A stretch of DNA of 56,950 nt, counting the filler, from Sluysia triapertura (lineage: Eukaryota), in assembly GCA_046118255.1 (NCBI GenBank). It is 4 parts of 4 records of this genome, joined end to end, with 100 filler letters (N's around TTAATTAATTAA, not from the genome) between each part and the next. Parts side by side here need not be neighbours in the genome. Positions count along the whole stretch, not along the records: positions 45,512 to 56,950 come from JBJNIA010184746.1; 3 more parts are not named here. One strand, 5' to 3'. The stretch's first letter is position 1; each line of letters starts with the position of its first letter. The notes beneath the pieces were generated by a model. That model did no database searches, was not told where the DNA came from, and worked only from the letters and a program-made list of their open reading frames with translations. Positions 51,974 to 56,950 of this stretch are shown in pieces. Made by a program: the position numbers and the translations under genes.

Positions 51974-52880
51974 ATGGCCAACCTTTAACTTGAGATTCAA
52001 AATAATCATTTCATTTCCAATATCAAATTCACTAACATTTTATATTTTACTTCCTCAGATTTATTAAAACCTTTTCACATTTCAAAACATTCTAAATTCG
52101 CAATCTTACAACAACAAATATGCACTCCAAATTTTACCTAAAACAGCTCAAGTTCTCAATTCTTTCACATTCAATCATTAACCTCTTCGTAAAACATCAA
52201 ACTCATTCATTTTAATATTCTAACCAAATAGAACTTGACTCAAATTAATTTTATCTAATTTTTAAAAAATTCTTGAGAATTAAAGCTAAGAAAAGAATTG
52301 TATTACTAAAAATTTAAACTAAAAGAATTTAAGGAAAAGAATTTTATTTTTACAAGATTAATTTCATTGAAAGAATTTTATTTCACATAAAGAAGAAATT
52401 TATGTTCAAAAGAATAAAGTTTATGCGGAAATTTTTATGTATATTTTTATTATTATTATCATTATTATTACTGTATTATTACATTTTAGTATTATTAATT
52501 TTTATTTTATTATTATTATTATTTCACTTCATTAAATCTATTTCATTATCAGTACCATTTTATGCACAAAACTCATATTTTAATTAAATATGATTTTCAC
52601 GATAGTTACCAGTCATTAATTGACAGTTAACTTCATTTAACTTCATTTGCTTAACTTTGAAAGTGTCAACTGATGACAGTTTCTGAGTGTATATTATTTT
52701 TGCGTGTCACCATTTCTTTATGTTATTCCTTTTTGGCTGTATGGTGACAAGCATACATTCTTACAACTTAATCAATATGAATACAGTTAGTTGACTGGGT
52801 GTCCAATCAATTCTACTTTTGTATGATACTTGTAGCTACTGTTATTGGACGTCCAATCATCAGAGATATCACAGATTCGC
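51974..52880 (+). mobile_element. Cargo-cassette copy 3, 5' framework with no recognisable cargo
   Basis: atggccaacc, CA-rich tract, atggtgacaagcatacatt (19-nt identity with copy 2), gactgggtgtccaatc, perfect palindrome ATTGGACGTCCAAT at 52844-52857. Confidence 0.7.
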
Positions 52881-53244
52881 CGGTTTGAAAAATAACCAAA
52901 AAATTGTGATTGAAAAATAACTTCCGTATTATTACTCAAGGTTAAAAAATCATATAACTAATAAAATAACAATAAATAAAACGTAATTAAAAGTTTAAAA
53001 AGAACAGTCATTAAAAATAGATAGTTTTAGTTTTTATTTCTATTTCTTACTAAATTTTGAAAATTTTAAATTAATTTTTATTAAAACAATTTCAAGGAAA
53101 TACAATTTTGATAATATTTTTCAATTTTCAATAATATTTCTTAACATAACTAAATTAAATTTATTAAGAAAGAGTAGCAAGATACAAATTAATTCAATAA
53201 ATTATAAACCAAATAATACAATACCAAAATTATGACACTTTGAG

Positions 53245-53625
53245 ATCATTTAAAAATTATTTTCGAAAAATGAAAATAAAATTTCGAAAAATTAAAATTA
53301 GCTTCTAAAAATAAAATAGAAGCTTCTAGAACATTCCATCGATTCCTATTGGCTGATGACAAATATACATAAAATAGCATCAGCTTTGTAAAAGTCGCCA
53401 ATATTAAATCTCCGTTTTGAAAATATAATCTGGTTTCTGCTGTACTGGGATAATTTGGAAAGTTCTGGTGAATTATCAACATATCTGGCAACATTCTTCG
53501 AACAGCGATTATTCTATTCCATGCATTGGTAAATTGAAGTTGAAATTATAAAATCGTACTCAATTTTTCACTTAAATTTAATTATTAAGTCCACGATATA
53601 TTGAGGAGGTAATATACACTTAAAA
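53245..53625 (-). repeat. Repeat module B/A copy
   Basis: Reverse complement matches 490-960 and 1420-1810. Confidence 0.75.
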
Positions 53626-53831
53626 TAATATTGACATTAGATTAAACATTCTTGGAGCTTTATTTTATCATTTTTATTCTTATTTTATCATCTTATTCTT
53701 GCTACAAATTTTTGTATTTTGTATAATAAAGTTATTATTTTTGTTTCCATTTAATTATTGAAAGTTATAGAATAAATTATTGAAAGATTTGAAAAGAATA
53801 TTTATTATATTTAGATAAAATATTGGTTGAT

Positions 53832-53932
53832 ATAGTTACAGAAACGCCCCATTCCCGACATAAGACGTAACACATAACCGGACCCTCCTCAAAAGTTATT
53901 TTGTCCTAGGTTAAGACATAGAAAAAACGCAG
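53832..53932 (+). repeat. Repeat module C copy
   Basis: tagttacagaaacgcc...ataagacgtaacacataaccggaccct...ttattttgtcctaggttaag. Confidence 0.75.
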
Positions 53933-53989
53933 CAATAGAGACTTCAGAAAGTCACGCAGTTATATTTCTGCTGAAAGATAAATACTTAT

Positions 53990-54655
53990 TATAAATGTAA
54001 AAGTGTAAAAAATTTTATTTTTGTTTTATATTTTATATTTTATATATATTTAAAAAATTACAAAAAATTATTATTATTTTTCTTTAAAAAATTATAAATA
54101 ACATTTAAAGAATTTAAATTATCAAAAAGAATATTCGAGAACAAGGAATTGTTTTAATTAATTAATTTTAATGTACGTGTCTTTATGCATACAAAAACTA
54201 TACAAAGACAAACAAAGGATAACACACGACCATTTTTAATTCGAATTACAAATTCAAACAGTCGCCATTTTATTGTCGGTTAATTTCAATCATCGTAATC
54301 AATAGCATTAGCAATTCAAATCAATTACAAAGTAGAATTAGATCTCGCGTATTCATTTAGAGAGATCTCAGCTCCAAATTCTCTTCAATCTGATAAATTA
54401 AGCAAACAAAAGACATTCCTCCAATCTCGAATACTCCATCATCATTTATTAAATTATTGATTGAATAGTGAGTTTAGTGTAAACTTGCCAGAGTTAAAAT
54501 CTCCACTTAAAATACCTGATTTTCAGTTGGTCATTAAGATCAATTATAAAATCACTTTAAAATATAAAATCATCGTCTTTTAGTTGGCCCTTAAGGTCAA
54601 TTATAAAATCCTTATCTACAGGTAGAGTCTTCTGGCTAGACCTCTTATTATAAAT
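53990..54655 (+). repeat. Dispersed repeat, copy 2 of 17040-17780
   Basis: Collinear similarity, strongest at 54490-54652. Confidence 0.8.
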
Positions 54656-55040
54656 AGTTTAATATTGTTATTATAATTATTATTATATGATTAACATTGT
54701 TGCAGAGTTTGCTTGCGGTAATTTGTTTTTTGTAAGGGATTTTTAACTTTTTAAATAATACTTTAAAATAATTAATTAATGATTATCCTTTCCTCGATGT
54801 AATGAGAGAAACTTTATATTATTAAAATTTCAGTTTAAATTAAATATTCTCAAGGAATTTTAATTATAAATTGCACTATTTCTTATTACATTATTAAATT
54901 TGTACCTATTTTAGTAATAAAAGTTAAGTGTTGCTTTTCATTTCTGATAAATTGGTGAGTATCATAATTAGTTAAAACCCTCATAATAGGAACATGTTAT
55001 AAGTGATATTTTCAAGTGATTAAGTAAGATTTTAAATTTC

Positions 55041-55143
55041 TTAGTTGCAGAGGTGCCAACTACTAGTTATAAGACGCTTACTGTAACCTGACCCTGATCA
55101 ATTTTTTATTTTGCCGCAGGTTTAGCATTAAGAAAACCACAGC
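55041..55143 (+). repeat. Repeat module C copy
   Basis: ataagacgcttactgtaacctgaccctg...tattttgccgcaggtttagcattaagaaaaccacagc. Confidence 0.75.
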
Positions 55144-56950
55144 ATTAATATAATTATTGTTTCATTGGATTAAGAATGTATTTAACTATTACATCGATGT
55201 CTAAATGTGAAAAATTGAATAGAAAAAGTGTATTTTTTCTTAAATTATTATAATATTATAAATGATTATAATGTATAAAACATTTATCTTCCATCGAATG
55301 AACAGCTTATTTGAAATGTTTCATTAATTGTTTGAATAATTCTTTAATTTATAATTGGTTAAATCAATTAGATTTGTACTTTGATACTCTATAAATAAGT
55401 ATCGATTTAAAATCATACCAAATATGCAAGCATTTGTTCCAAATGTATCCTGGTGTTGATGAAAATGGATATTAAATATTTTGAAAATATTAAATATTAA
55501 AGATTTTGTTACATGCTTCAATTTTTAAATAAGAACTGAAACATTAATATTACAACTAATGACATACAAATGATTTATTATTAGTTTAGATTAATAATGA
55601 TAATAATAATTTTTGAATAATAATAATTATTATTATTATTATTATTTTTGAATGACAAATTGAGAAATTTCATTCAATCGTGAAAATAAATAAGTGAAAC
55701 CCATTATCAACTGGAAACACAAAAATATTGTTATAGTTACACATAAAAAAGATCTAATTTTATTGTTTACTTATAAAAGTTTAGCTTAGATTAAGAATTT
55801 TATTTTTAGAATTTTATTACGCATTATTTACGATTGTGGATTGCATCGTAATGAAATCGTAAACAAATATTTGATATAAATGATCAGTAAAATAATCATG
55901 ATTCAATGATAAACTTATTGTTTATCTAAGAAATTCGACAGAATTATGGCATGTTTAGATGCAGTTCTAAGGTCACCAAAACAGTGTTATATTTGAAATA
56001 TTAAATTATAGTACATTCGATTTTATGATTTCAAATAACGCATACTTCGTTAGTATTTTCCATTATTCGTATTCTATCAATACTACCTATTGTTGATTCT
56101 GGATCTAGTTTAATATTACATATTACTTCAAGAAAATACGAATAGAGAAATTTAGCAATTCATTATTCCATCCAAACTTGTTATTACTGAAAATATCTTC
56201 AAAATAAACATGTCTTGTTGTAATTAATGCCGAGCACAAATTTATACTTCCTACAATATTAATTTATGATATTCAAATTAAAGTGCACACTGCTTTCTAT
56301 AATAATAATAATAATAATAATGATTCATCTTTTGATTTAATCATTGCATGTATTAGTGTTAGTGTGTACTAACTAAATTTAGAACATTTTAAATTCATTT
56401 ATCGAATTAATTTTGTTTTAATTAACATTGATAATTTCGTACAAATTGTAAATGAAAAACTTTGCACTGTATTTCGTAGGAACTTTGATTTAATTGAATG
56501 AATTTAGTATCAACCTTTACAATAATAGATTAATATTTAAATTAGTCATTTATTTATTATTTGAATTGAAATATTTACAATTTAATCAATTTATTGAAAT
56601 TTCTTATGATAATAATGATAATAATAATAGTGTAACTATAAATATAGATATTTACTTAATGTACGTCAGAGTAGATAAAATAATCTTTATTGCTTCTTTT
56701 TAATTTTCTAAAATGGCACACCCAAACAATAAATTTCAAAGCAATATAATAAATTTATAAAATAAATACAAAAATAAAAGATAAAAAAATTGGTTTTTAC
56801 CGTTACATTATAAAGTTACATTAAATTGTATTTATTTTCTTTGTAATTTATTTTCAAAATTTCTATTAATATTACTATTATCATTATTAGTAATATCATT
56901 ATTATTATCATTATTATTATTATCATTATTATTATCATTATTATTGTCAT

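Noticed and set aside
1-56950. CRISPR arrays, rRNA, prokaryotic operons
   Set aside because: No regularly spaced repeat-spacer arrays, rRNA-like sequence or dense ORF packing; the sequence is eukaryotic in character.

Overview
Very AT-rich, microsatellite-rich eukaryotic DNA with short GT-AG introns. It looks like a planarian-type flatworm draft assembly, which is an inference from composition only. Three identical 100-bp spacers (44 N + TTAATTAATTAA + 44 N) split the window into four segments that are probably independent contigs, so synteny across them should not be trusted. Host-gene content: a large R9AP/R7BP-family (RGS anchor) exon, the 3' exons of a divergent actin-like gene, a probable SK-channel N-terminal exon, and disrupted PI3K p85-like exons. 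Transposon relics: a Tc3-like Tc1/mariner element, piggyBac, Buster-type hAT, a Ulp1-protease (NeSL-like) fragment, two MITEs and a tRNA-derived SINE. The main observation is a repeat family with a shared layout: CA-rich leader, then a block of palindromic ATTGG-n4-CCAAT boxes, then an intronless host-gene copy, then a shared C-terminal CCCH zinc-finger tail. One copy carries a CCA-adding enzyme (TRNT1) relic, another carries a Cyclin C relic, and a third appears empty. This suggests a mobile cassette that captures different host mRNAs and fuses them to the same CCCH module. All protein identifications come from manual translation and remembered family motifs; no searches were run.
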